Source: an uncultured Collinsella sp.
GTDB taxonomy: Bacteria; Actinomycetota; Coriobacteriia; Coriobacteriales; Coriobacteriaceae
Direction of reading: 5' to 3'
Length of the DNA stretch: 64,000 nt
NCBI GenBank assembly: GCA_902492235.1
Contig: CABUKS010000006.1
Span: 5,620 to 69,619 of the forward strand
How positions within the stretch are numbered: the stretch's first letter is position 1; each line of letters opens with the position of its first letter. A model generated the notes under the pieces. It was not told the origin of the DNA, made no database searches, and was given only the letters and a program-made list of their open reading frames with translations. The translations under genes and the position numbers were made by a program. Below are positions 38,939 through 48,357 of the stretch, in pieces.

Positions 38939-40450
38939 TTAGTAGCTATCGTACGAATAGTCGGTAGAATCGGTGGGCGTCTGACCGTCAGTTGCGGTAT
39001 CGGCGCCATCCGTGGACTGGGCATCGGCGCCGTCGGTGGTATCGGTACCATCGGTGGAGTCGGTACCATCAGAACTTTCACCATTCTTGGAATCAGTCGT
39101 CTCCTTCTTGGGAACGGTGATCGTCACACGCGCCACGCCCGAGGTCTTGGTATCGTAACGGACCTTTTCGCCGTTCTTGGTAACGGTGACATCGGAAGGC
39201 TTGGACGTGGTGATCTCGATCGAGGACTCGGGCGTGTACTCCTGCTCAAAGGGGCCAGTCGCCTGGGCGCCATAGACCGACTTTCCGTCGACCTTGACCT
39301 CAATCCACGCGGTCTTTCCCTTGGCAACGGAGACCTTGACCTTCGTGACCTCGTTCTCTTCCTTCTTGGCCGTCGTCTTGGTGGCGTCCGAATCAGTCGA
39401 CCCATCCGTCGCCTCATCGGTGTCTTCATCCTCGTCGACCGTTTCGGTCTTCTTAGAAGACTTCTTAGTCGTCGTCTTGGTGGCAGTGGGCGTCTCGGGC
39501 GTGGTCTCGGGCGCCGAAGATGCGCAGCCGCGCAGAAGCACCACGATGAGCACGATCAGCAGCAACGCCACGGCACCGATGCCGGCGTAGACGATACGCG
39601 GATCGAGCCCGTTGTTTTGAGGAGTACGTGATCCGCCGCGCCCACGACTGGAACTGCTGCGGCCGCCTCCCTGAGGCATACGACCGCGATTGCTATCGGA
39701 ACGGCCGCGATAGCCGCCCTGGCTCTGAAGGCTGCGCTGACCCGAGCGGGGCGCAAGTTCACCGCGGCCTTGATAGCCACGCTGGACCGAACGCGGAGCC
39801 GAAGAGCGCTGGCCATACGGCTGTGATTGAGAGCGAAGACGCGGCGTCACCTGCGTGGTATCGGCATCCGAATAGCCACCGCGAGAGCGTCCCATAGAGG
39901 CACCACGGTAACCGCGATCGGAATAGCCGCCGTCGCCGTAGCCGGCACGAGGGTCACGCGCCACGCCGCGGGCAGCGGGAAGTGCACGGTCCTCGGGCAT
40001 CGGCGTACTGCGGAACCGGTCACGCTGTGAGCGAATCTCCTCGCCCGAACCCGTCTCAGTAATATAACCGGCCTGCTGAGGACGCTGTCCATAGCGGGTC
40101 GAACGACCGCCCTGAACCATCAGGAAGCGCCCGTTATCGACCGAGGAACGCGAATTGACGTAGCCGGCGGCGTCCTGAAAACGACCGCCCTGCTGCGACG
40201 TCTCGCGTTCGTATGCCATCAGGTCGTCAAAGTAGGCATTGACAACCTCGCGCGGATTGAGGCCCAAAAAGCGAGCATAGCTCGAAATCATGCCCTGCGC
40301 ATAGCCGCGCGGCGGCATCGAAGCAAAGTTACCGGTCTCGAAAAACTCGATGATCTGCGGCCTGATTTTGATGGTGTTGGCGACCTGCTGAATGGAAAGG
40401 CCCATTCGGCGACGCTGCTCGAGCAGCATGTCACCAAAGCGTGCAGCCAT
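38939..40450 (-). CDS. RodZ-like protein (HTH - low-complexity region - TM - DUF4115-like)
   Basis: HTH with KIR..IE.FE.G.F..MP..YA.G...YA..LGL; TM; AWIEVKVDG; ftsK-rodZ-rimO synteny. Confidence 0.8.
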   Translation of the reverse strand: MAARFGDMLLEQRRRMGLSIQQVANTIKIRPQIIEFFETGNFASMPPRGYAQGMISSYARFLGLNPREVVNAYFDDLMAYERETSQQGGRFQDAAGYVNSRSSVDNGRFLMVQGGRSTRYGQRPQQAGYITETGSGEEIRSQRDRFRSTPMPEDRALPAARGVARDPRAGYGDGGYSDRGYRGASMGRSRGGYSDADTTQVTPRLRSQSQPYGQRSSAPRSVQRGYQGRGELAPRSGQRSLQSQGGYRGRSDSNRGRMPQGGGRSSSSRGRGGSRTPQNNGLDPRIVYAGIGAVALLLIVLIVVLLRGCASSAPETTPETPTATKTTTKKSSKKTETVDEDEDTDEATDGSTDSDATKTTAKKEENEVTKVKVSVAKGKTAWIEVKVDGKSVYGAQATGPFEQEYTPESSIEITTSKPSDVTVTKNGEKVRYDTKTSGVARVTITVPKKETTDSKNGESSDGTDSTDGTDTTDGADAQSTDGADTATDGQTPTDSTDYSYDSY

Positions 40451-43230
40451 CAGAATCCTCCAAACTCACGATCTTCACGTGCCATCTCGGCGTCGACAGA
40501 TTCCAGCGCGGCAAGACCCTCTTCGTCCAGCAGAACCTCGCGCGGCTTGGAACCGTCGGGCGGGCCGACGACACCCTTTTCTTCCAGCATGTCCATAATA
40601 CGCCCGGCACGCGCATAGCCAACCTTCAGACGACGTTGCAAGCCAGATGTGGAGCCAAGCTGCGATTCCACCACAATATGGGCGGCTTCCCAAATGAGCG
40701 GATCATCGTCTTGCGGCTCGGCGACTCCGGTGCGGACAATACCGCCGCCACCCGCCATGGACATAGAAGCGGGCGCCACGGCGGACAGGATCTCCTCGTG
40801 GTAGTCGGGCTCGCTCTGCGACTTGACGAACTCGACAATCTCGTTGATTTCGTCATCCGAGACAAAGCAGCCCTGGATACGGCGAGGCTTGCCCCAGTCG
40901 ACCTTGGAGAACAGCATGTCGCCCAAACCGGTGAGCTTTTCGGCACCCATCTGGTCGATGATGACGCGCGAGTCGATGCCCGTGGCGACATTAAAGGCGA
41001 TGCGGTTGGTGATGTTGGCCTTGATAAGGCCCGTCACCACGTTTGAGCTGGGGCGCTGCGTGGCCACGATAAGATGAATACCGGCGGCACGGCCCAGCTG
41101 TGCAATACGCACGATCGAGGCCTCGACATCCTTACCGGCAACCATCATCAGGTCCGAGAGCTCATCAATGATGATGACCAAGTAGGGCATCTTTTGCGGC
41201 GGGTTGTCGTAATGCTCAAACTCGCCGGCGGCCTGCTTTTCGTTGTAGGTCGAGATCTTACGAACGTTAAGGCGCTCGAAGACCTTCAGGCGACGCTCCA
41301 TCTCGGACACGGCCCATTGCAGAGCGCTCGCGGCCTGCTTGGGCTCGGTCACCACGGGCACATAGAGATGCGGCAGACCGTTATAGCCCGCAAGCTCGAC
41401 GCGCTTGGGGTCGACCATGATCAGGCGAACATCCTCGGGAAGAGCGCGCATGAGCAGGGTCGTGATGATGGAATTGATCATCACCGACTTACCGGAACCC
41501 GTGGTACCGGCGATCAGCAGGTGGGGCATCTTGGCAAGGTCGGCGACGACCGGCGTGCCCTCGGCATCGCGCCCGATTGCGAGCTCAAGCGGACCGCCCT
41601 TCACATAGGGCAGCACGTCGCCCAGGTTGACGTTCTGGCGCTTGCGATTGGGGATCTCGATGCCCACGAGCGAGGTGCCGGGGATCGGGGCAAAGATACG
41701 CACCGACTGGGCAGCGAGCGAAAGCGCGATATCGTCCTCGAGGCTCGAGATCTTGCTCACGCGCTCGCCCTCGCCAGGTTGCAGCTTAAAGGTCGTCACC
41801 GTGGGGCCGGCGATCCAGCCGACCACGCGGGCACTGCGGCCAAACTCAAGCAACGTGGACTGAAGCGACTCGGCAGTCTGTTCCAGCTCCTTGTCAGAAG
41901 ACGCGGAGGACGCCGACTGCGGGTTGGCATGCAGGATTTCGAGTGGCGGAAGCTTAAGGCCATCCTCTTCTTCGCCCACGTTATCCGCGGGGGCATTGAC
42001 CACTCCCCCATCGCTAGAAGTAGGCGCCTCGGCAGCGCCCGCGACAGCCGCATCGGCAACCTTGGGATGCTTCAGGAAATCGGGGATCTGCGGAGCTGCC
42101 GAGACAGGATTCACGGCAAACGGCGGCTCGGACTCGTCGATCTTATCGGGGTCGTCTTCCATCGAAAGCTGGCCGGTTACCTGGTCGCGCTTTGCATGGC
42201 AACGCGACAGCAAAGTTGTCTTTGCGGTCTCAATCGGAGCCTCGTCGTCCCCGTCATCGCCCTCGGTGAGCTCAATCTCGCTATCGGACCAGGACGGGTC
42301 GGGCTCACTCGTATTGAGCTTAGGCGCAGCCTTGCCCTTCTTGGCATGGCGGCGCGGCAACAATGTGGTCTTGGCCCGCTCAGCTTCCACTGCCTCGGAC
42401 ACGTCGACAAACGGATCCTCGTCCTCGTCGTCATCGTCCAAAACCGGGTCCACATCGTTGCCCATGACTGTGGTCACGGCAGCATCGGAGCCCTTTTGAC
42501 GAAGAATGCTCAGGTGCGGACGGGCAACGCCGGGCACCGACAGGGCTTCGTCGTCACCCCACGGACTCGCGTTAACATCGGCACGACGGCGCTCGGCAAA
42601 ATCGGCCGCGCGGTCGCGAGCAGAGCGCAAAACGCCGCCAACCGAAAAGCCGATGATGACCAAGCCCACGACGACAAGGCCCAACAGGACTACCATCGCG
42701 ATAGGCTTACCCAGGGCATTCTGCAGCGCACTCGCAATAAACGCACCGATGTAGCCACCCGAGACGGACAGATTTTGCGGCGTAAACATGAGGTCGCACG
42801 AATCGCTCGTGCCCGGCACCATCAGCGAAAGAATGGAGACGACGGCGATAAAGACCACGGCGCCGCCCGCAACAGAGCGCACGTTGAGCGGCGAGTCCTC
42901 GCCTAAAAAGAGCGTGGCGGCAAACAGCAAGATGACGATCGGCAGCACGTAGGCGCCCAGACCAAAGCCCAGGTGGTAGAAACCGGCAACCGCAGCCGTC
43001 ACGGGCGCTGTTGCCGGAGAGATCACGGCAATGAAGGACGCAATCGCCAAAACGGCGATGACCACGCCGGCGATATCGCGGTTGGCCGAAGGCTCGACCA
43101 GGGGCTCGAACTCATCGAAGTCCGCCTCGTGGCCCTTATTGGCACGCAGATGGGAACCGGCACCCTTAGCAGATGCCGGTTGGTTATTGGCCTTATTGCC
43201 TTTGGCGTTTTGTGCAGATCCGCGCGCCAA
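40450..43230 (-). CDS. ftsK: DNA translocase FtsK/SpoIIIE
   Basis: TM N-terminus, AGTTGSGKS, ATQRPS, gamma domain LQRRLKVGYARAGR. Confidence 0.97.
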   Translation of the reverse strand: MARGSAQNAKGNKANNQPASAKGAGSHLRANKGHEADFDEFEPLVEPSANRDIAGVVIAVLAIASFIAVISPATAPVTAAVAGFYHLGFGLGAYVLPIVILLFAATLFLGEDSPLNVRSVAGGAVVFIAVVSILSLMVPGTSDSCDLMFTPQNLSVSGGYIGAFIASALQNALGKPIAMVVLLGLVVVGLVIIGFSVGGVLRSARDRAADFAERRRADVNASPWGDDEALSVPGVARPHLSILRQKGSDAAVTTVMGNDVDPVLDDDDEDEDPFVDVSEAVEAERAKTTLLPRRHAKKGKAAPKLNTSEPDPSWSDSEIELTEGDDGDDEAPIETAKTTLLSRCHAKRDQVTGQLSMEDDPDKIDESEPPFAVNPVSAAPQIPDFLKHPKVADAAVAGAAEAPTSSDGGVVNAPADNVGEEEDGLKLPPLEILHANPQSASSASSDKELEQTAESLQSTLLEFGRSARVVGWIAGPTVTTFKLQPGEGERVSKISSLEDDIALSLAAQSVRIFAPIPGTSLVGIEIPNRKRQNVNLGDVLPYVKGGPLELAIGRDAEGTPVVADLAKMPHLLIAGTTGSGKSVMINSIITTLLMRALPEDVRLIMVDPKRVELAGYNGLPHLYVPVVTEPKQAASALQWAVSEMERRLKVFERLNVRKISTYNEKQAAGEFEHYDNPPQKMPYLVIIIDELSDLMMVAGKDVEASIVRIAQLGRAAGIHLIVATQRPSSNVVTGLIKANITNRIAFNVATGIDSRVIIDQMGAEKLTGLGDMLFSKVDWGKPRRIQGCFVSDDEINEIVEFVKSQSEPDYHEEILSAVAPASMSMAGGGGIVRTGVAEPQDDDPLIWEAAHIVVESQLGSTSGLQRRLKVGYARAGRIMDMLEEKGVVGPPDGSKPREVLLDEEGLAALESVDAEMAREDREFGGF

Positions 43231-43231
43231 A

Positions 43232-44902
43232 CTAAACCTCCATGACGACCGGGATGATCATCGGACGGGTGCGCGTACGGCTCCAGATAAAGTTAGAGAG
43301 CGAATCGCGCACGGCCTTGCGAATGGCATCGGAACCGCTGCTCGTAAAGCTGAACTTGCCCTTCTCGATCGTCTTCATGATGGACGCGGAGGCATCCTCG
43401 GAGAACTGGTCGTCGATGGCAAACGAGACGCCGCGGCCCGAGAACTCGATGGCCTCAATCTTCTTGTGCTTGAGCGAGACGATGGCAACGGCCGTGACCA
43501 TACCGTCGTTGGCGAGCTTCTGACGATCGCGCAGGACGATGGGGTCGGTATCGCCGATACGCAGGCCGTCGACGTAGACGACGCCGGACTCGACGGGCGT
43601 ACCGCGCTTGACGATACCGCCGCGCATCTCGAGCGTGTCGCCGTTATCGAGGATAAAGATATGATCGTCCTTGATGCCCATCTTGCGGGCCAGCTGGGCA
43701 TGGGCGCGCAGATGCACGGCCTCACCGTGAACCGGCATAAAGTACGTGGGCTTGGCCATGGCCATCAGGAGCTTGAGTTCCTCCTGGCTACCGTGACCGG
43801 AGACGTGGACGAGAGCGCGGTTCTTATCCCACACGTCGCAGCCGAGCTTGGCCAGGCTGTTGACGACCTGCTGGACGGCCTTCTCGTTACCAGGAACGGG
43901 AGTTGCCGAGAGGATGACGGTATCGCCCTCGTGGATAGAGAGCGTCTTGTGCTCGCCGTTGGCCATGCGAGACAGGGCCGACAGCGGCTCGCCCTGCGAA
44001 CCGGTGCACATGACAACGATCTTGTCGTCAGGCAGGTTATCAATGTCGAAGGCATCGATAATATCGGCATCGTCGATGTTGAGGTAGCCCAGCTCGCGCG
44101 CCACGCGGGTGTTAGTGAGCATGGAGCGGCCGGTCACAACGACCTTACGGCCGCACTTGCGGGCAGCATCGCAGATCTGCTGCAAACGATGAATGTGGCT
44201 CGAGAACGACGCGACGAACACGCGACCCGGGGCGTTCTTGATGGCGTGCAGCAAGTTGGGACCGACCTCGGCCTCGGACTTGGTAAAGCCGGGAACCGTG
44301 GCGTTGGTGGAGTCGGACAGCAGCAGGTCGATGCCCTGCTTGGCAAAGCGGCTGATAGCGGCATAGTCAGGCGTGACACCATCGATGGGCGTCTGGTCGA
44401 GCTTAAAGTCGCCGGTGTGCATAACGGTGCCCTGGTTGGTACGAATGAACACGCCCAGAGCGCCGGGGATGGAGTGCGTCATAGAGAAGAAGTCGAGCGA
44501 GATGCCGCCGAGGTTGACATGGCTGCCGCCCTTGACCTCGCGGAACTTGGGTGCGCGGATGCGGAACTCGGAGAGCTTGCCCTCGATAAAGCCAAGCGTC
44601 AGCTTGCTCGAGAAGATGGGCACCTTATTGTTGAGGTCCTGCAGCAGATACGGAAGCGAACCGGTGTGGTCCTCGTGGCCGTGGGTGACGACGATACCGC
44701 GGAGCTTCTCCTCGTTCTCCAGGACATAGGTGTAGTCAGGAAGCACCAGGTCGATACCGGGCTGGGAGTCATCCGGGAACATGAGACCAGCGTCGACGAG
44801 CACCATGTCGTCGCCGCACTCGAAGACCGTCATGTTCTTGCCGATGCCGTCAAGGCCGCCGAGCGGAATGATCTTCAAGGGAGATGATTTTTTAGCTGCC
44901 AT
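43232..44902 (-). CDS. rnj: Ribonuclease J
   Basis: PLGG..IGKNM, THGHEDH, HVSGH, PVHGE. Confidence 0.97.
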   Translation of the reverse strand: MAAKKSSPLKIIPLGGLDGIGKNMTVFECGDDMVLVDAGLMFPDDSQPGIDLVLPDYTYVLENEEKLRGIVVTHGHEDHTGSLPYLLQDLNNKVPIFSSKLTLGFIEGKLSEFRIRAPKFREVKGGSHVNLGGISLDFFSMTHSIPGALGVFIRTNQGTVMHTGDFKLDQTPIDGVTPDYAAISRFAKQGIDLLLSDSTNATVPGFTKSEAEVGPNLLHAIKNAPGRVFVASFSSHIHRLQQICDAARKCGRKVVVTGRSMLTNTRVARELGYLNIDDADIIDAFDIDNLPDDKIVVMCTGSQGEPLSALSRMANGEHKTLSIHEGDTVILSATPVPGNEKAVQQVVNSLAKLGCDVWDKNRALVHVSGHGSQEELKLLMAMAKPTYFMPVHGEAVHLRAHAQLARKMGIKDDHIFILDNGDTLEMRGGIVKRGTPVESGVVYVDGLRIGDTDPIVLRDRQKLANDGMVTAVAIVSLKHKKIEAIEFSGRGVSFAIDDQFSEDASASIMKTIEKGKFSFTSSGSDAIRKAVRDSLSNFIWSRTRTRPMIIPVVMEV

Positions 44903-45092
44903 AGGTTAGTGTGGTTTCCTTTCTTCGAAACGGGTCTGGAACAACCGACGGGGCGCTTCTGGCAAACCGACCGTCGGGAACGTACAAACATGCATCACAG
45001 AGTCGATGCAATAACCACAGTATGATACCCATTTGCACAACAACAGACCACCCATGCATCAAAGCCCCATCTGAACTGGTCCATCCCGCCGG

Positions 45093-45221
45093 TTTCCCGT
45101 GGGGCGGGCACTGATGAAGTTTCCTGCTCTACAGTCCTGCTCACGACGGAGGCCACATTAAGTGGCCTCCTGTTCGTGCGGAACTCGCGATAAACTTCAT
45201 CAGTGCCCGCCCCACGGGAAA
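45093..45221 (+). repeat. Hairpin element, type 2, copy 2A
   Basis: Perfect 30-bp arms, conserved core, inner hairpin GGAGGCCAC-ATTAA-GTGGCCTCC. Confidence 0.9.
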
Positions 45222-45348
45222 GCTACCAATAAGGGACCAAGTTTATTTTGGGCAGCTTTATCATGGAAAATACCGCTACGTCTATCTACTGATCTGAAAT
45301 CTGAATACTGAATAGATTGTCTAACTGAATAACGAGCGTCACTAACCA

Positions 45349-45497
45349 GCCCTTTTGCTTGCGCCCGGGAGGGACGCATATGACGTTTATCGCGAGTTCC
45401 GCACGCAAAGGAAAGCACTTAATGTGCTTTCCGTCTTGCGCAGGACTGTAGAGCAGGAAACTTCATATGCGGCCCTCCCGGGCGCAAGCAAAAGGGC
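45349..45497 (-). repeat. Hairpin element, type 2, copy 2B (inverted)
   Basis: 38/40 bp arms, same core, inner hairpin GGAAAGCAC-ATTAA-GTGCTTTCC. Confidence 0.9.
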
Positions 45498-45520
45498 GAC
45501 CCCTGTCCGGAGTCGCCCTT
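45486..45520 (-). terminator. pnp intrinsic terminator
   Basis: Minus strand AAGGGCGAC..GTCGCCCTT followed by TTGCTT. Confidence 0.7.
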
Positions 45521-45543
45521 GTTGAGCTGCTTATGTGTAGCTT

Positions 45544-47790
45544 TTACTCGGCGTCGTGGTGACGACGGGGCTTGCGGCCTCCGTTGTCGCCGGGACGGCG
45601 AGGACGATCGCTGCGCTCGGAGCGCTCGCGACGCGGACGCTCACGGCGCTGGAAGTGCTCGCCGTCGCCTTCGGAGGCACCCTCGGCACGAGCAGGGGCC
45701 TCGGGCTTGTCCAGACGATCGAGCGAGATCTTGCCGCGATCGTCGACCTCGATGACGACGACCTTGACCTCGTCGCCCACGTTGAGGACGTCCTCGACCT
45801 TCTCCACGCGGCCCTTGGCGACGCGGGAGATATGCAGCAGGCCGTCCTTGCCGGGCAGCAGGTTGACGAAGGCGCCGAAGGGCTGGATGGAGACCACGCG
45901 ACCGGTGTACTCCTCGCCCGGCTCGGGAACCTTGATGATGAGCTTGATGCGCTCGACAGCCTGATCGACGGACTCGCCGGTGCCGCCGACAAAGACGGTG
46001 CCGTCCTCCTGGATGTCGACCGAAGCACCGGTCTCGTCCTGAATGCCGCGGATGACCTTACCGCCGGAACCGATGACGTCGCGGATCTTGTCAGTCGGAA
46101 CCTGGATGGAGACGATACGCGGAGCGGTGCTGCGCGTGGTGCGGCGCGGCTCGGGGATCACATCGAGCATCTTCTGCAGAATGAAGGCGCGACCCTCCTT
46201 GGCCTGCTGCAGAGCGCGGGCCAGGATGTCGAAGGTGAGGCCGGTGGCCTTGTTGTCCATCTGCAGGGCGGTGATGCCCTCGGTGGTGCCGGTGACCTTA
46301 AAGTCCATGTCGCCCAGGAAGTCCTCGAGACCCTGGATGTCGGACAGGACCACGGTCTTGCCCTCCTCCTGGATCAGGCCCATGGCGATACCGGAGACCG
46401 GGCGCTTAATGGGCACGCCGCCGTCCATAAGGGCGAGCGTGGAGCCGCAGGTCGAAGCCATCGAAGAGGAGCCGTTGGACTCCATGACCTCGGAGACGAC
46501 GCGGATGGCGTAGGGGAACTCGTTCTCGTCGGGAAGCACCGGAAGCAGAGCGCGCTCGGCCAGATTGCCATGGCCGATCTCGCGGCGCTTGGGGCTACCC
46601 ATGCGGCCGGTCTCGCCGGTGCAGAAAGGCGGGAAGTTGTAGTGGTGCATGTAGCGCTTGCCCTCGGTGGGCTCGATGGTATCCAGACGCTGGCCCTCGT
46701 TGAGCATACCGAGCGACAGGACGGAAAGCACCTGGGTCTGGCCACGCTGGAACAGACCAGAGCCGTGAACGAGCGGCAGGTAGTTGTCCTTCACCATGAT
46801 GGGACGGATCTCGTCGGCGGCACGGCCGTCGACGCGCTCGCCGGTCTCGACGACCATGGTGCGCATGGCCTTCTTCTCGAGCTTCTTGAGCGCCACGGGG
46901 ATCTCGCGCTCCCAAGCGGCCTGCTCCTCCTCGGTGAACTCGGCGCGGATGGACTCCTTCAGAGCCTCGACCTTACCGATACGGGAGAGCTTGTCGGCGT
47001 CGCGAAGGGCGGCAGCCATCTCGTCGTAGTGGGCGAAGATGCGCTCCTGGACCTCCTCGACGGGCTGGTCGAGCGGGTACTCCTTCTTGACGATGGGGCC
47101 GTTAACCTGCTCCCACTCGGCGACGAACTCGTCCTGAGCCTGGCAGAAAGCAGCAAGGGCCTCCTGGCCAAACTTCATAGCGGCGAGCATGTCGTCCTCG
47201 GAGATCTCCTCGGCGCCGGCCTCGACCATCGAGATGAAGTCGGCGGATCCGCCCAGCTCCAGGTCCAAATCGGAGTTCTCGCGCTCCTCGTAGGTGGGGT
47301 TGACGATAAACTCGCCGGTCTCCACGTTACGGCCGATGCGCACGCAGGCAAGCGGGCCCTCGAAGGGCACGCCGCCGAGCGTCATGGCCAGGGAGGCACC
47401 CATGACGTTGATGACGTCGAAGGGGTTGACCTGGTCGGCGACGAGCGAGGTAGCGACAATGTGTACCTCGTTGCGGAAGCCGTCCGGGAAGCTCGGGCGA
47501 ATCGGACGGTCGATCATGCGCGCGGTGAGCGTGGCCTTCTCGCTGGGACGGCCCTCACGCTTGAGGTAGCCACCCGGGATGCGGCCGGCAGCGTACATCT
47601 TCTCGTTGAAGTCGACGGTCAGCGGGAAGAAGTCATAGTTCTTGCGCTCCTTGGAGACGACCACGGTATCGAGCATCGTGGTGTCGCCCTGCTTGACCAG
47701 ACAGGCGCCAGTGGCCTGCTTGGCAAGCTCGCCGGACTCAAAGGTGTAGGTCTTGCCGTACAGCTCAAAGGTCTTGGATACGAGTGTCAT
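45544..47790 (-). CDS. pnp: Polyribonucleotide nucleotidyltransferase
   Basis: DFFPLTV, RREIGHG, SNGSSSMAS, GDMDFKV, KH and S1 domains. Confidence 0.98.
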   Translation of the reverse strand: MTLVSKTFELYGKTYTFESGELAKQATGACLVKQGDTTMLDTVVVSKERKNYDFFPLTVDFNEKMYAAGRIPGGYLKREGRPSEKATLTARMIDRPIRPSFPDGFRNEVHIVATSLVADQVNPFDVINVMGASLAMTLGGVPFEGPLACVRIGRNVETGEFIVNPTYEERENSDLDLELGGSADFISMVEAGAEEISEDDMLAAMKFGQEALAAFCQAQDEFVAEWEQVNGPIVKKEYPLDQPVEEVQERIFAHYDEMAAALRDADKLSRIGKVEALKESIRAEFTEEEQAAWEREIPVALKKLEKKAMRTMVVETGERVDGRAADEIRPIMVKDNYLPLVHGSGLFQRGQTQVLSVLSLGMLNEGQRLDTIEPTEGKRYMHHYNFPPFCTGETGRMGSPKRREIGHGNLAERALLPVLPDENEFPYAIRVVSEVMESNGSSSMASTCGSTLALMDGGVPIKRPVSGIAMGLIQEEGKTVVLSDIQGLEDFLGDMDFKVTGTTEGITALQMDNKATGLTFDILARALQQAKEGRAFILQKMLDVIPEPRRTTRSTAPRIVSIQVPTDKIRDVIGSGGKVIRGIQDETGASVDIQEDGTVFVGGTGESVDQAVERIKLIIKVPEPGEEYTGRVVSIQPFGAFVNLLPGKDGLLHISRVAKGRVEKVEDVLNVGDEVKVVVIEVDDRGKISLDRLDKPEAPARAEGASEGDGEHFQRRERPRRERSERSDRPRRPGDNGGRKPRRHHDAE

Positions 47791-47893
47791 TGTTCTCCTT
47801 TACCCCACAGGCCCCTTGCCTGCGGGCTTCTCATGTGACGCGGGCCCCCTGCCCCCGCCACGCTTCAGAGCGTGATTGTTCACGCCCTTACAC

Positions 47894-47924
47894 AAAAAGA
47901 GCGTCCCGCATGCAGGACGCTCTT
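47894..47924 (-). terminator. rpsO terminator
   Basis: AAGAGCGTCC..GGACGCTCTT stem with a T-tract on the minus strand. Confidence 0.8.
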
Positions 47925-47940
47925 AGCATGTACAAGTTCG

Positions 47941-48219
47941 CTACTGAATATTGTCGCGAATGCCCAGAGCCTTGATGAGCTCACGGTACTCGACGATGTC
48001 GTTCTTCTTGATGTAGGAGAGAAGACGACGACGACGACCGACGAGCATGAGCAGGCCACGACGGGTGTGGAAGTCCTTCTGGTGGGACTTCATGTGCTCG
48101 GTCAGCTCCTTGATGCGCTCGGACAGGATGGCGACCTGAACCTTGGGGTTGCCGGTGTCGACCGGGGTGTTACCGAACTGGGCAGTCAGCTCCGCCTTGC
48201 GCTCTTTGGAAACAGTCAT
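47941..48219 (-). CDS. rpsO: 30S ribosomal protein S15
   Basis: DTG...VQVAIL..RI..LT.H...KD.H.RRGLL..VGRRRRLL.Y. Confidence 0.98.
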   Translation of the reverse strand: MTVSKERKAELTAQFGNTPVDTGNPKVQVAILSERIKELTEHMKSHQKDFHTRRGLLMLVGRRRRLLSYIKKNDIVEYRELIKALGIRDNIQ

Positions 48220-48318
48220 TGTTTCACCTTTCGTTTTACGTCGCCCTCGGGCGACTCGATTCGCCTCGGACTGGGAAGCCGCCGGTGGAGCGAGCAACCA
48301 AGGTCGAGGTACCAACAG
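48220..48318 (-). promoter_or_regulatory. Structured rpsO 5' leader (candidate S15 autoregulatory RNA)
   Basis: TGGTAACAT extended -10 at 48325-48333; CTCGA-CCTTGG..CCGAGG-CGAA-TCGAG stem plus GTCGCC/GGCGAC hairpin before the SD. Confidence 0.5.
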
Positions 48319-48357
48319 GTCGGTATGTTACCACAAGCAGCCCGCGCCTGCGCATCA

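Noticed and set aside
36345..38942. Very long + strand ORFs (also 31788-33596, 41074-42906, 43031-44887, 45556-47838, 52570-54438)
   Set aside because: Antisense shadows of well-recognised genes, expected from high-GC codon bias; no protein motifs.
45111..45117. CTGATGA suggesting a hammerhead ribozyme core
   Set aside because: It is fully paired inside the 30-bp arm, absent from the sister copy, and has no correctly placed GAAA/stem II.
47803..47856. Four G-tracts in the pnp leader (possible RNA G-quadruplex)
   Set aside because: One loop is ~30 nt, competing Watson-Crick stems exist, and such tracts are common in GC-rich DNA.
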